This document shows, in pieces, positions 37,604 through 51,906 of a stretch of 64,000 bases of DNA (position 1 is the stretch's first letter; each line of letters starts with the position of its first letter). The stretch comes from Octopus vulgaris (lineage: Eukaryota): contig OX597827.1 in assembly GCA_951406725.2 (NCBI GenBank), positions 33,728,001-33,792,000 on the forward strand, given 5' to 3'. Made by a program: the position numbers and the translations under genes. The notes beneath the pieces were generated by a model that searched no databases, had not been told where the DNA came from, and saw only the letters and a list, made by a program, of their open reading frames with translations.

Positions 37604-38052
37604 CATCGTCGTCATCATCATCATCATTATCATCATCGTTTAATGTCTGCTTTTCATGCTGGCATGGGTTGGATGGTTTGACTGAAGACTGGCAAGCCAG
37701 GACTGCACCAGGCTCCAATCTAATTTGGCAAGGTTTACAGCTGGATGCCCTTCCTAATGCCAACCACTCCGAGAGAGTAGTGGGTGCTTTTCATATACCA
37801 CTGGCATGGGTGTCAGTCAGGCAGCACTTGCATCGGCCATGCTTGAATGGTGCCTTTTACCTGCCGGTGGCATGGGTGCCAGTCAGGCGGCACTGGCATT
37901 GGCCATGACTATGATTTCACTTGGTTCAACAGGTCTTAACAAACACAGCATACTGCCCAATGATTGAATGGTGCTTTTAAACAGGCCAGTTATGTGACAC
38001 TGGCATCAACCATGACAATGATCTCACTTGGCTTGCTGGGTCTTCTCAAGCA
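37604..38052 (-). mobile_element. RTE-tail retroposon copy
   Basis: Reverse complement of the family with (ATC)n tail. Confidence 0.8.
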
Positions 38053-38509
38053 ATTTACTATAAGTTTGATTTCTCAAGTTTATTGAATTTTTTTTAACTC
38101 CAATTTCTTGCAAATTTAAATATTCACTGCTTCCAATTCATCACAAATTTAAATATTCATTGCATTCACTGCAGAGTATTCCATTTTCATTTGCAAAGTC
38201 CTTCACTTAATCTTTTAAGTTTTAATTCGCTATTAATATATATGTAATGTAAAAACATTATTTATTGAATGAAAATTTTAAAAAATACCTGTATAATTTT
38301 TTAATGCAGGATAGCTGCGAGAAGAACCCAGAAAATTGGGGATTTACTATTAGAAGACGAGGACAAAAAAAAAAAAAGTTACCGACAAGTACTCAAAATT
38401 TGTACCTTATACATAGTTTCCAAACACAGCTTTAACAGTGACACACACATATACCAAACACACTTGCGCACACACATAGATATACATACACACAAATGAA
38501 AGGCAATGA

Positions 38510-38540
<31 letters not shown>

Positions 38541-38561
38541 TGTGCATGCGTGTGTGTGCTA

Positions 38562-38760
38562 TTCATTGACAAAACTTCATGCTGCATCACTTTTGTGAAG
38601 TTTTGCCAGTGAACAGGTTGCAGTTCATTGACAAATATTTTGACACAAGCGAAGTTTTAATGTTGAAGTGAAACAAATGGTATTTGTGTGTTCTTGAATG
38701 GTTTACAAACATCTTCCACGCTGCAATTGTTTTTGTTTCAGCACACAATCTTAGATCTCT
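38562..38760 (+). mobile_element. Diverged copy of the GUGAACA-HHR fold-back element
   Basis: Aligns to 57595-57755 (CAGTGAACAGGT, AATATTTTGACA, ATGTTGAAGTGAA, CTTCCACGCTGCAATTGTTTT, GTTTCAGCACAC); short 5' fold-back 38562-38579/38596-38613. Confidence 0.8.
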
Positions 38761-39014
38761 ATAATTTTCTAAAATTACTATGGATAAATGCAAGCAATGA
38801 CCTCAGGTTCTCCAATATTTTAATTTCTAAATAGAAACAATTGGGGGCAGGGAGTTTGGTTGCAAAAGATTCATAATTTCTCAAATTTTCATTTTTATAG
38901 CATATAAATGTATTTATAGGGAAAGATATTGAAAAACATCAATACATGTGAGAGTGAAGAAATGAGGAGGGTTGTCTTTGGACGTGCTAGAAACAACAGC
39001 CAAGTCACCCTTAA

Positions 39015-39233
39015 CCCTTTCGTTACCAACCCAGCTGAAACTAGCTCTGGCTCTGAGTATAAATGTCTTGTTTTCATAAGTTTTGAATTAAAATCTTCCA
39101 CCAAACCTTAGTCACAATTTATGTTCCTAACACTAGCTGAATGATATCTGAATTATTTTACTAAATTCTTTGTTATATTTAAAGTAATTGAAAGAAACAG
39201 AGCATCTCAAAATAATACGGTAAAAAAATGAGT
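39015..39233. mobile_element. piggyBac-like MITE (TTAA + CCCTTT end), right end degenerate
   Basis: TTAACCCTTTCGTTACC ... CGGTAAAAAAATGAGTT. Confidence 0.5.
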
Positions 39234-39371
39234 TTTCAAAACTTCTTTCATACAAAGATCCCTCCTCAACCCCAACCATATCATTTCAAAGGCTGTACTT
39301 GCTTATTGTGTTGGTTTGGAGGGAGTGACTAGTGAGTTTCAAATTTTGGTGAGTATATACTGTAATTAGAC

Positions 39372-39514
39372 GATAGTTTATTTTCGAATGCAGCGATGCC
39401 ATTAGAATAGCAGAAACATTAGGTAAATTACCCTTACAAAGTGGAAAAATTTGTCAGCAAACAGTCATGTTTCTGCTGTTCTAACAGTGTATCTACGTTT
39501 GAAAATAAATTATC
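39372..39514. repeat. Short fold-back/MITE
   Basis: GATAGTTTATTTTCGAA...TTAGAATAGCAGAAACAT versus ATGTTTCTGCTGTTCTAA...TTTGAAAATAAATTATC. Confidence 0.75.
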
Positions 39515-39639
39515 TTATTTGTATCTATATACACATTTCGGCACTTATAAAAAACATGTTAAGTTTGTTTATATTTATGTACTCTAATTAGGTTTAAAAT
39601 AAACATAATAGTTAGGTCAGCAGTGACTAAACCATCAAA

Positions 39640-42600
39640 CCCACCAAGTATGCTTAGCAAGGAGGGTACCCTGGTGGATGAACTCGTTTGAGTCAATGGC
39701 CATCCAACAAAGTGTATATGAGGGCAGGTATGAACTTTCTGAGCTTTAGTTGGCTACCCACCTAGTGATGGTGTCATGATAAAAATACTGGTGATTGCAC
39801 AACCTTATAAATGCTACCTCAAAATGAGTGATGTCATATTCAAGTAATAATCATAACTGCATTAATGGGACTAGAACTGTGAAAAGAGAAGTTGTCATGC
39901 ACGACAGGCAAGGAGTGTCTGATCAAGCACCAGCAAATTGTCATCAAACCATTTATCAGAATCAAAGTTTAAAATGCAGTGGGAGAAAAATGAAATGGGG
40001 AAAAGAGGCAATCAAGATTGTGATTGAATGTTGGATGAGAAGTGAGCCAAATAAATGAGGTTTCATGAAATGAATGAAGAGAATATGGACTAAAAAGGGA
40101 GTCTTTGAAGCTTGTACCCAACAATTGATAGACCCAACAAGGGCAATTCATAAAGATGATTGGATTACAAGACCAAAAATTTAAGTAATTCAGAGAAAAA
40201 TAAAAAATGAACAGGAAAAGTGTGAAACAGCAATAGCAGAAAGTGGTAATGAAAGGGTAACAAATGAAAAAGAAGGATTTCACCTTCATAGTGAATTTGA
40301 TTTAGCTAGACAAATGGCAATAAATGTTACATAAGAATTAACCAATGAAGAGAAGACAATTCTAGAAATGCTGTGAGGTAAAATGTGTGGCGTGAACAAT
40401 GAAGTGCCATCAAATATAAGGTATATGGGCAGATGAAAAGTAAGGAGAGCTACAGACAAAGTAAGTGGCATTTTGATCTTGGTTAAAACAGAGAACATTA
40501 GTGAAACAAACCAGCAAATCATAACTGCAGCTAATGCTGTAGCTGACATAATAGGATGCAAGTGGAAGACTGTTGTCGAAAACATAGAACTAAACTGGAG
40601 GAAAAGAATACAAATGAAGTTGGAAAATATACAGAAAGAACTAGGGCAATTGAATAGGATAATGAGAAGAGAACTCAAGGATAAGATAGCAGTCAGAAAA
40701 CTGAATGGACAGAACAGGTTAGAAGAAAGGGGAAAGCAAACTGTACAAAGGGTCACAGCATTGAAGGACAAATTAAAATGAATGATGCCAGATGCAAAGG
40801 TTTTGAACAGAATAGATTGTTTCTATCAGATAGGTGTCTTTTTTGAAGAAATAGAGTGGGGAACAACATCAGGAAGTGATTTCAGATGTGAAAGAAAAAG
40901 TATTCTAAGGAGAACTTTGAAACAGGCCAGTGAGACAGAGAGAAAGTGCAGAGTAGCAAACACAGGTGGAGACAACTTACAACTGCAGCAAGACAAAAAG
41001 GACATCAGAATTGATCTATATTCAGAGAGAGAAGTTAAAAAAAACCCCAGCAAATTGGAAAGGACCTGGCCTGGATGGAGTACAAGGTTACTGGCTGGAG
41101 AATTTTCACAATAGCACGAAAGGATCACTACACACTTAGATGAATACCTGCAGCATGGACATATCCCCACCTGAATGACAAGTGGATGAATGCTATGTCT
41201 CAAGGACCCCTTGCAAGGTAAATTGGTATCGAATTTTCAAACTATAACCACTTACATGGAAGCTTATAATCGGTGTCTTAGCAAAAAGTTATATAATCTT
41301 CTGGAAAGACACAATCTACTTACAGCAGAGCGGAAAGGATGCAGGAAGTAAAGTAGGGCAACAAAAGACCACTTATTAGTTGATTAAATGATAATCAGAA
41401 ATAGTAGATGCAGATTGATTACAAAAAAGTATGTGACATGGTACCACAGATATGGATAAGTAAAACAATGAGCATGTTTGGAGTGGCAGAAAATATGGAG
41501 AAAATGGTTAATGCAAGTATGAAACATTGGAATAATGAAAAAAAAAAAAAAAAGAAAGTGAACATCAGCTATGGTATATTTCAAAGTGATAGCTTATTTC
41601 TATTAATGTTTGTATTGGTCATGATACTGCTCGGTTTGATATTACGAGCAGTTAAAATAGCTTGTGATTTGGGAAAAGGATATGGTCAGATAAATCATCT
41701 CCTTTTTATGGATGACATAAAACTCATTTGAAAAATGAGAAACAGCTTGAAAGTCTTGTACATGCTGTTTACATTTTCTCAAATGATGCAGGTATGGAAT
41801 TCAGGACTAAAAAGTGTGCTATGTTGACAATGGAACATGGAAGTTTTGAAGGAAGCCAAGGAGTTGAAATGTCAATTGGGCAAACAATGAAAGCAGTCAA
41901 GAAAGGACAGTTGTATAAGTATTTAGTAACACTGGAAGTAGATGAAATAAAATATGAAGAGATGAAGTAAATTACAAGTAGGGAGTACAAAAAAAAAAGT
42001 GAAAAAAATATTCCAGTCAAAGTTGAATTAAAAAATACTATTGAAGCAATAAATGCAAGAACAGTGCTGGTTATCAAGTATGGGGCTAGAATAGTAAGAT
42101 GGGACAAAAAGCAACACACACAAGCTCAACAGAAAAACTATTGACTATGTATGGAATCCATGATCTGAAAGCTGATATTAAGCAGCTGTATTTGAAAAGA
42201 GACCAGGGTGGAAGAGGCTAAATTGTTGTGGAACAGTGTGTACAGATGGAAAGGAAAAGCTTACTAGAATATTTACAGAAAAGCACAGAGAAATTGCTAA
42301 AGGCAATGAATAAAGAAGAGGTGATCAAGAGTGGAATAGAAGAAATGGACAAGAAAGAAATTCAAAGATAGTATGTTAAACAGATTAAGAAACCTTTGTA
42401 TGGTTAGTTTTGGAAAGTCACTGAGGATGTATGTGGAACAAAAACCGGGGCTTGATTGAATAAAGGGCAATTGAAAAAAGAAACAGAGAGCCTTATTATA
42501 GCAGCTCAAGATCAAGTGATAAAAACAAACAACTTAGAAAATATGAGTATGGGGAGGTGTCAGCAAAATGTAGAGTGTGTGGAATTTGGGATGAAACACT

Positions 42601-43180
42601 GGCACACATTGTTGCAGGATATCCCCAACTTCCCTCGGGGATAATATAAAAAATGGGGACATGACCAAATTGTGAAAGTTGCACTGGAAGCTGGAAGCAC
42701 TTGGTGTGATCAAGTTGAAAGAGTGCTTGATTCGGAGAAATGCAAGATTTTATGAGATTTTCCAATTCAAATGGAAAACACAGAAAATAATAGACTAGAT
42801 ATAACAATAATAGACAAGGAAAAGCAAAGTTGCTTACTAATTAATCAATCATGTCCATTTGATTCCAGGATTGTGAAAAAAGAAGTTGAAAAGTTTGAAA
42901 TTGCAAGAATTTGGAATATGAAAAATGTAAAGGGCAATAAATGATGCATTAGGAACTGTGAGTAATGATATAGACAAATTGGTTGAAGGAGATTGGAATG
43001 GAATACCCTATGGAGCTTCTACTGAAAGTTTGTCTCATAGGAACAGCAAAGATTATCAGGTTTTGAGCACTTGAAAGATTATTGAAAACTTACGGATATC
43101 TAAGGTTACATATAGTAATCCACTATCCACACAAATTCTACAAGGGATAAGATGAAACCTGAGTCAAGTTGAATAATAAA
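39640..43180 (+). mobile_element. Near full-length but decayed R4/Dong-like element (RT plus RLE)
   Basis: NWKGPGLDGVQGYWL, IDYKKVCDMVP, GIFQSDSL, INHLLFMDDIKL, YKYL, KKETESLIIAAQDQ, NRLDITIIDK..LLI; ends in AATAATAA. Confidence 0.85.
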
Positions 43181-43461
43181 GAAAATACCTCATTATATAT
43201 GTTGCAATTCCTTCAGCTTAAAACAATGCAGCCAAGGAAGTAGAAAAGAGGAATGGTTAGATATCAAGACAGATATGCGAATACAGCACAAAATCTGCCT
43301 GTCCCCTAGAATAACAGATATTCTTAGAAAGGTACTTTCTGTCAAAAGCCTTTTGTTAAGGCTTCGTAGCTACCAAAAGAAGAAAAACAAAAGCCCAACA
43401 AAAATAATATTTTATACTTAAAATATAACAATTGTTTTTGCATAAGAACAAGCAGAGGGAT

Positions 43462-43632
43462 TTAGTCAATACCATTAACTGTAGAACTTGATTGATACTC
43501 TATTTTATCAACCCGAAACGGATGAAGGGGAATGTTGACCTGAGTAAAACCTGAACTCAGAATGTAAGGAACCAGAACAAATAGAAGACATCTTTTCCAA
43601 TCCTCCAACAACTCTGCCAGCTTGCTGCCTTT
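43462..43632 (-). mobile_element. SINE family A copy
   Basis: Homologous to family A. Confidence 0.65.
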
Positions 43633-43868
43633 AAAGATGATCGTGATGATGGTGGTGGTTTTGGTGGTCTCAGTGGTGGAGATGATGATGATGATAATGA
43701 CAAGGAAGGGGATGTCTATGTTGATGTGAAATAAAACAGTTATTGAAATATTGAATGGAGAAACCAAAATCGCAGTAAGAATAATAACAGCAACCACAAC
43801 TTGAAAGAGAAAAGCACAACTAGCTGGTTTATGGTTCATATTTTGTCTATATTGTGTTGTGTCTAAAA

Positions 43869-44070
43869 TCCTTTCTAATTTTGGCACAAGGCCAACAATT
43901 TTGAGGGGTGGGTGAATTTTATTACATCAAACCCAGTGCTCAACTGGTACTTATTTTATCGACTTCAAAAGTTGATGTTGGTAGCACTTGAACACGGAAT
44001 GTAAAGAGCTGGCAAAATGCTGCTGAGCATTTTGTCTGGCGTGCTAATGGTTCTGTCAATTCACTGCCCT
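43869..44070 (-). mobile_element. SINE family A copy
   Basis: Homologous to family A. Confidence 0.75.
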
Positions 44071-45239
44071 CACGTAGTGTCTATAATAAAGTTACTTAAC
44101 ACTTGTTGACAAAGTTCACATAGTTTTAATAAGTAATCAAAACATAAATATAATTCAATGGTTTCAGAGTGTTGTGCAAAATTAACATGGATTTTGGTAG
44201 CTTGTAGCACTAATATAATGAACCTCAGAAAAATTTAAGAACAGTCCCTCCACTTATAAAGTTTTCTATAGAAAATCTTGTGGATGCTTCAGCTAAGGAT
44301 TATATTTGTTTCTTGATGGTATGTGTTTGTGTATTTATATGAAAGATTTCGTTTGTAATCATTTTTCAATCATCAAATTTAATCTGCATTTTGAATTTTT
44401 TTTTCTCAAAGTATTTTTATCTTGTTTGATTTCATGGAAGTCTAAAAACAGACATATGCACACCTCCATGCAAGTGCATAGTTAAATATCTTAAAAAGTC
44501 ATGAAAATTAGACAAATATAGCAATGATTATAATGTTGGCAACTTGTATTTTGCATTGTAAATTTATAAAAAAAGTTTTCATGGCAGCTGAAGTTACAAA
44601 AGTTTTGACACAGGCTGCACCAACAAAAGAACTGCCAATATTGCAGCCAAATCTCCCATAAATTCCACCCTACCATCTTGAAACATTTTATCTAAGCGTG
44701 AATGCCATCATAATATGACAGAGGCAATGCTGCTGTACAAACAAATTCTAAATTCCCTATAAGAGGCATGTTTTCCAAAATATTTATATAAATTCAAGAG
44801 GGCAATATCATTTATAAAACTTTCATATAAATGCATGACATTAGGTCAACAATAACAATGACACCAACAGCAATAATAAACATTTATACAGAAAATAATA
44901 TTTAAAAATCCTTCACAAATAAAAATAAAGAAACAAAAATACCACAATACAACATTATTGACTTGCAAAACACATGACGTTCACATAGCAATAATTCTGA
45001 AAATATTCTTACAACACAAAGATACATTTTATCCCCAATTATACTCAGATCAAGTTAGACAGACTCTGTCACCATAAAGGAGATCTCATAACATACATAA
45101 ACATTCATGCATCCATTACATAGTTACTTCAAAGGACATATGTAAATTAATAGAAAATTATACTACACTAAATTGTAAGCATTCAAAATAAAAAATCCAG
45201 CAACAAAAAGCACATTAATAAGCATATATCCACCACCAC

Positions 45240-45851
45240 GGAAGTATGCTGTGCGTGACACCTTTGGAAGTATGCTGTGCGTGAGAAAACCGGGCATGAC
45301 AAGTGAGACCAACTAGTGACCGAGACCTTTGGAAGTATGCTGTGCGTGAGAAGACCCGAGAAGACCCGGCAGGACAAGTGAGACCATAACCCGTGGCCTC
45401 TACCTGGGATGTAGCCGGTCCACTTATGCATACCTTTCCTTCTTGGGACACAAAACTCTACTTGTGAAGATCTGTTGAGGCAAGTGAAAATCAAAATCGA
45501 AATCAATCAACATCAATGAAAATTGTAGTTGTGATACCAGTGTTGGTGGTACGTAAGAGAACCATCCGAACGTGGCCATTGCCAGCGCCGCCCCAACTGG
45601 CCTCCGTGCCAGTGGCACGTAAAAAGCACCATCCGATCGTGGCCGTTTGCCAGCCTCCCCTGGCACCTGTGCTGGTGACACGTAAAAAGCACCCACTACA
45701 CTCACGAAGTGGTTGGCATTAAGAAGGGCATCCAGCTGTAGAAACACTGCCAGATCAGACTGGGCCTGGTGCAGCCTTCTGGCTTCCCAGACCCCAGTTG
45801 AGCCGTCCAACCCATGCCAGCATGGAAAACGAACGTTAAACGATGATGATG
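45240..45851 (+). mobile_element. Long RTE-tail retroposon copy with internal tandem duplications
   Basis: GGAAGTATGCTGTGCGTGA three times at the 5' end; family 3' end and (GAT)n tail. Confidence 0.85.
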
Positions 45852-46884
45852 AAGTCTCAGAGCCAGATGAAATCCCAAACCTACACTTAAAAGACCTAGA
45901 AGCAGCTCAAAACACTGGTGAGTAAACTACCTGTTGAGTCTCTAAGCTTGTGTCGGGCGCAAGAACAATTCCAGAATTTGAAGCTTCCTAAATAGAGTAC
46001 AACAGGGTTTCACTCTCTTGGTCGTTCTTTTCAAGTTATATCTAAGCAACTCTCTTAAGCCTTGTCGAATAAAGATATCCCATTCATATCCTTTCACTAT
46101 TCTTCAAATACAGTTGTCTCCCTTCTCATTGTCACCATCAGAGAACATCAACTCCAAACAAAACTTCTACAATGTTTACAACATACAAGCAAGATATAAT
46201 GTAGAAAAAACATGTTGCACAAACATACCTAGAGCACCCACACACTCACATATTTACTTAAACCCTCATATATACCATATTTGGCCAACTGAGAGAGACA
46301 ACAATAATGGTGTACAAATTATACATTAGATCCACCATGGACCATACTAGTTTTGTCAAAACGTATTTCTTCACAATAAACTAACAAAGAACACAAACCA
46401 ACACACTAAGCATCACCGTAAAGACCATACCTATTGATAACAACAAAACAGAACAAAAATACTAAGAATGAAAGACAACCTGGACATGTGAGGAGCACAG
46501 TTTGTTAATGCAAGCAAGCTTCAACCTTCTAAGTTCATGTCACTACATGAAAGATCACCCCTAAACAACCTGACGCATATACAAAACACACACACACATA
46601 ACAGACACATATAACAGCTCACAACACTAAAGTAACATGATAAAAATATAATAAATCTCCTACACAACCCTGACAAACATAAAAGCACTACACTGTGATG
46701 TACATCAAGACAATACATGTAGAGGAACTGTCATATCCTTTCTGTCTGCTGTTGCCACTATTAGACTCTCCAGGTGAACAGAAATAGACTGCACAACGGA
46801 GAGAGTGCAATAGGTTCAGATTATCATGTTACATCCCAAATGATTCATCACTGCACGTTGAAGTGTGCAATATTGTCCTCACCT

Positions 46885-47091
46885 AAGGCAGAATCATTAG
46901 CATGCTGGGCAAAATGCTTAGCAGAATTTTATCCATCTCCATGTTCTGAATTTAAATTCCACAGAGACTGACTTTGCCTTTTGTCCTTTTGGGGTTGATA
47001 AAATAAATGCCAGTTGAACAGTGGGGTCAATTTAAGTAACTCTAGCCCCTCCCCCAAACCTGCTGGTCTTGTGCCAAAATTTGAAATCAAT
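46885..47091 (+). mobile_element. SINE family A copy
   Basis: GGCAGAATCATTAGCA...GTGCCAAAATTTGAAA. Confidence 0.75.
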
Positions 47092-47249
47092 ATTGTCCTC
47101 ACCTGTTTCCAAGTAAGCCAACCCCCACCATGACCAAACATAATTTTCATGGAAGACTGGAAACAAGAAACCTGACTTGTATGACAATAATGCTCATTTA
47201 TAACCCTCATGTGGTGTTAAGACAAGGGTACATACACACTTACACATAC

Positions 47250-47516
47250 ATCATCATCATCATCGTTTAACATCCGTTTTCCATGCTAGCACGAGTTGGA
47301 CGGTTCGACCGGGGTCTGGGAAGCCAGAAGGCTGCACCAGGCTCCAGTCTGATCTGGCAGTGTTTCTACAGCTGGATGCCCTTCCTAATGCCAACTACTC
47401 CGTGAGTGTAGTGGGTGCTTTTTACGTGCCACCAGCACAGGTGCCAGGGGAGGCTGGCAGCGGCCATGATCGGTTGGTGCTTTTTACGTGCCACCGGCAC
47501 AGAAGCCAGTCAAGGC
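47250..47516 (-). mobile_element. RTE-tail retroposon copy
   Basis: Family motif. Confidence 0.85.
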
Positions 47517-47730
47517 GATATAACAATCTTAAAGCAGGTACATTGTTTAAAGTTAAACTGTAGTATTTGTCTCAAGATTGCATCTCTTATAAGTGTATGT
47601 ATAGTATTAAAAAACACAGAAATGCATCAGTAGCATACAAAAATCATCCAGTAGCAGTGGTGGTGTTGCTAAATACATATTTCTGGCTTTTGGGGTTTTG
47701 TCAGTAGCAAGCATCCACTAGCAAGTGCAT

Positions 47731-48332
47731 TCATCATCATCATCATCATCGTTTAACGTCCGCTTTCCATGCTAGCATGGGTTGGATGATTTGACTGAAG
47801 ACTGGCGAACCAGATGGCTGTGCCAGGCTCCAATCTGATATGGCAGAGTTTCTACAGATGGATGCCCTTCCTAACGCCAACCACTCCGAGAGTGTAGTGG
47901 GTGCTTTTTACGTGCCAGTGAGGCGACGCTGACAACGATCATGCTCAAATGGTGCTCCCTACGTGCCAGACAGCTGCTCTGGCAGTGATCCCACTTGGAT
48001 GGAGCTGTTAGCACTCCCCTGGCATGGGAGCAAGTCATTGAATTTGGTTCAATTTTGATTTCACTTGCCCCAACAGGTCTTTGCAAGCAGAGTTAAGTGT
48101 CCAGTGAAGGGAGTTTGGTATGGGTGCCAGTTGACGAATTTGGTTCAATTTCGATTTCACTTGCCTCAACAGGTCTTTGCAAGCAGAGTTTTGTGTCCAA
48201 AGAAGGAAAGGTATGCATAAGTGTGCTGGGTACATCCTGGTAAAGGCCATGGGTTATGGTCTCACTTGTCCTGCCAGGTCTTCTCATGCACAGCATATTT
48301 CCAAAGGTCTCAGTTGCTAGTCATTGCCTCCG
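47731..48332 (-). mobile_element. Long RTE-tail retroposon copy
   Basis: Family motif with an internal ~100-bp tandem duplication. Confidence 0.85.
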
Positions 48333-49390
48333 AGACCTTTGGACCTTCTAAGACAAAAATCAGCCATTACTGATATAGTAAGATAGCAAATTTAATCCAG
48401 CCTGCCAGTTAATTGTGACATTAGTGACTTTTCAAACTCAGTTTTACTATATCATTAGTGGTTGATTTTGTCTTAGTGAATACTTGTGACTAATGAAGCT
48501 CAAAGAGGTAGACATATGTATTTAACGATACAACCATCTGCTACTGATGCATTTCTGTACTTTTTAATGCTGTACAGTTATAAGGGATGAATATTGCAGT
48601 TTAGCTTTCAATGATGTGCTTTTAGTATGATATGTAGAATGCTAATTTGAACTAATACTGTTTTTGTCACTCATAATGAGTGCATACATGTATGCTTACA
48701 TAGACATACAAACATACATGCATAAATACACATACACACACATATATATGCTTGTATTTGCACGTGCACGCGCACACACACACACACACAAAAGAAAACA
48801 CCACTAACTGCTTTGGCACAGTTCCTGCAGTTAGATGTCTTTACTAAAGCTGACCACTTCGCAATGTGTACTGGGTGCTTTTTACATGCAGTGGCACTAA
48901 TGAGGTCACAAGTAGCTCACAAGTTAAGGCCCTTCAAGTAAGTGGGGTGAAGTATTGAGGGAGGTGGTTTTATACCAGGTGATGAGAGGTTGAAGTTTGA
49001 TTGGGGGACAGGTGTCTTGCTGTAGAGGAGATACATGGTTACCCCAGAGTATATAATATATATATATATATACACTAGCTTTTCCACTAGTATATAGCTT
49101 TTAAGCAACTGACCCTGAATGGGAAGATCTGCAAACAGATCTGATTTGTTTTGGAGAATTTGTTGCAATTGCTTCCTCCAGAGTCATATCCCAATGATGA
49201 TCATATTCGTCGCAAAAAGTCATGTAAAAAAAATTCCCCAAAACAATTACAGTAATGAAAACATAGGAATCCAAAATTTCAGGATTGCAAGTCTGGATTT
49301 GGCCTGGAATAGTTTTAATTTACTCATTATTCCTTAGATTATAAAAATTGTTATAACACAAAAAAATTTGTCGGGAAAAGTCAGGGGCTT

Positions 49391-49583
<193 letters not shown>

Positions 49584-50525
49584 TGATGTTGGATAAGGGA
49601 ATAGAGAGATAAATGAAATAGTCTAGGAAATGAAAAGTAGATTACAAGGATCTACAGAAATAGTAATGTACATCCTTCATAAAAAGACATAGCATTTTGC
49701 AACAGGGGACATGACAACTTACTTTCATACAGACAATACATAGTGGCAGAGCTAGAGTGTGTACCACATAGGGCAATCCAACTGCCCCCACCCCACCAAC
49801 AAAGCTATACTGGTTTATACAGCTGACCTCATCACCTGTTGCAGTACTGATATTGCACATATAAAAATTTGCCACAAGTCAACAAATGCAGTCTATGTAT
49901 TTAATTGATATTCAATTCTTTTGATAACAATCTATGTGAAATCATCCCTGTTTCTATGATATAAAAACCTGTTTTAAAGAGGTAAATTTAAATCAAACCC
50001 TTCTAAATTAATTTTGTCATGTTCCAAAACTCAAATTGTTAATGACTTGAATGCGTAAAATTCTTGTTTATTTTCAGATTGTCCAGAAATAAAGTCTCTT
50101 AAGTCATAAGAGGAAAATGGAAAATCATCCTGGCTAGTAAGAATGCTTGATGCATTTCAATCTTGCTGGGCCTTGTTAATGGCATGTATTCACAGTTAAC
50201 TACATGCTTTGATGAGATTTGTCACCTCTGGTATATAGGAAACAGTGAAAAACATTTGCTGGTATTGTGAATAGCTGCCCAGCTGAATAAAAATTCTCTA
50301 TATGTATTAGAAGCAGAGTTAAGTTAAAATGCAGTTGGTGTTCTTGCTAGCTGATACTGGGATGATATTTTGTCTCTGATATATGCTGTGTTTTTAAATA
50401 CAGCATATCCATAAGATGTTATTTCTGGATGAATACTACAGTAATTTTCCTTTCAACAATGTATTAACATCAAATATGATACATAGATGGCCATTTTAAT
50501 TCAATACTACTTCTAATGCATATAA

Positions 50526-50765
50526 TCATCATCATCATCATCATTGTTTAGCGTCCGCTTTCCATGCTAGCATGGGTTGGACGGTTCAACTGGGGTCTGG
50601 GAAGCCAGAAGGCTGCACCAGGTCCAGTCTGATCTGGCAATGTTTCTACGGCTGGATGCCCTTCCTAATGCCAACCACTCCGTGAGTGTAGTGGGTGCTT
50701 TTTATGTGCCAGGTGAGGCTGGCAATGGCCACGTTCGGATGGTTCTCTTACATGCCACTGGCGCT
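50526..50765 (-). mobile_element. RTE-tail retroposon copy
   Basis: Family motif. Confidence 0.85.
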
Positions 50766-51906
50766 GGTTGATAATGTACTTTATTAGAAATATGGTCATG
50801 TAATAATTCAATTCTCTCAAATCATATCGTATAATTTAAAAACAAAAAAGGAAACATTGGACAATGTAGTTGAAGCTATACAAACAGATGGAGTGGTCAT
50901 AGTTAGAATGTCTTCAATCAGAATGCTGCTCAATCAAGACTGAATTGGCGGAGTGAAGATTCTACATAACAATCTCACCATTAACCACAGGACATTACTG
51001 CCTAGAGTCCCAGGACTCACGAAGCTGGTCACCCAGTTTCCATAGCAAATAAGCAACCAAGATCACAGCATTTCCGTGAATGGGATGCTAGTCCATCACA
51101 GGGTTACTTATTTACAGCTGAATGGACTAAGAATCAAAACTGTGATCCTGCAATTGTGACTGCAACACAGTAACCACTGGGCCACATGCCACCACAAACA
51201 TCAATCTACCTGCAATAAATTCTTTTAAAAGAATGAACAACAAACAACTAAAACCAACAGAACTCCCCACCTCCAGTTAAACTGTATCAACGGTTGGGCT
51301 TTGTTTTTTTTTCAGAACTAAGAATTATTTCAAACTCTTGAAGAACTGCTGAGCCTACAAGATAAAACTAGACTCTAAAACAAAACATCTATATCAGAGG
51401 TATGCCTACTATGATCAGCCTGTTTGATAATGTGTCTTATCAGATGACAGAGTTTGATTTGGAAGTTTTGGCTGCTATTTTTACTAGGTTGAGCGACCGT
51501 ATAGGGGTTTCCTCATTGGCTTGTTAATTATTTTTGTGGAAGAGTGCAGTGAAGGCATTTCTATTCACTCACTCAGGACACAAATCTGTCTATCATGATG
51601 TCTGTCTTTCTCACTCTATATACCTATGTAAACCTTTTTCATACTAGCTAACCACTTGATTTATTCCTTCAACATGAAATCAACATTCAAAATACTGCCT
51701 GGATTCACCTGGGATTATACTTAAGGACCTATACCTTCACAGAAGTACGGACCAACTGCTATACCCACTGGAAGAAGATGAGCTGTGAACTTTATTCCCC
51801 TGTCTGTATTCCTCTATCTACTGTTTTACTCTTTATTCTTTACTATTTTATTCCTTTACTCCTTTATAAAATGTGAATTCCCTGTCTAGAACCTTCTTAG
51901 ACACCT

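Noticed and set aside
39640-39800. HDV-like ribozyme at the 5' end of the Dong-like element
   Set aside because: Only one helix (CCACCAAG/CCTGGTGG) is visible; the nested double pseudoknot could not be built.
45990-46760. A/C-rich stretch resembling a decayed retroelement ORF
   Set aside because: No diagnostic motif recovered.
49642-49875. Minus-strand ORF with AAA|GTAAGT donor at 49722
   Set aside because: Weak acceptor and no recognisable protein; may be a UTR exon but unsupported.
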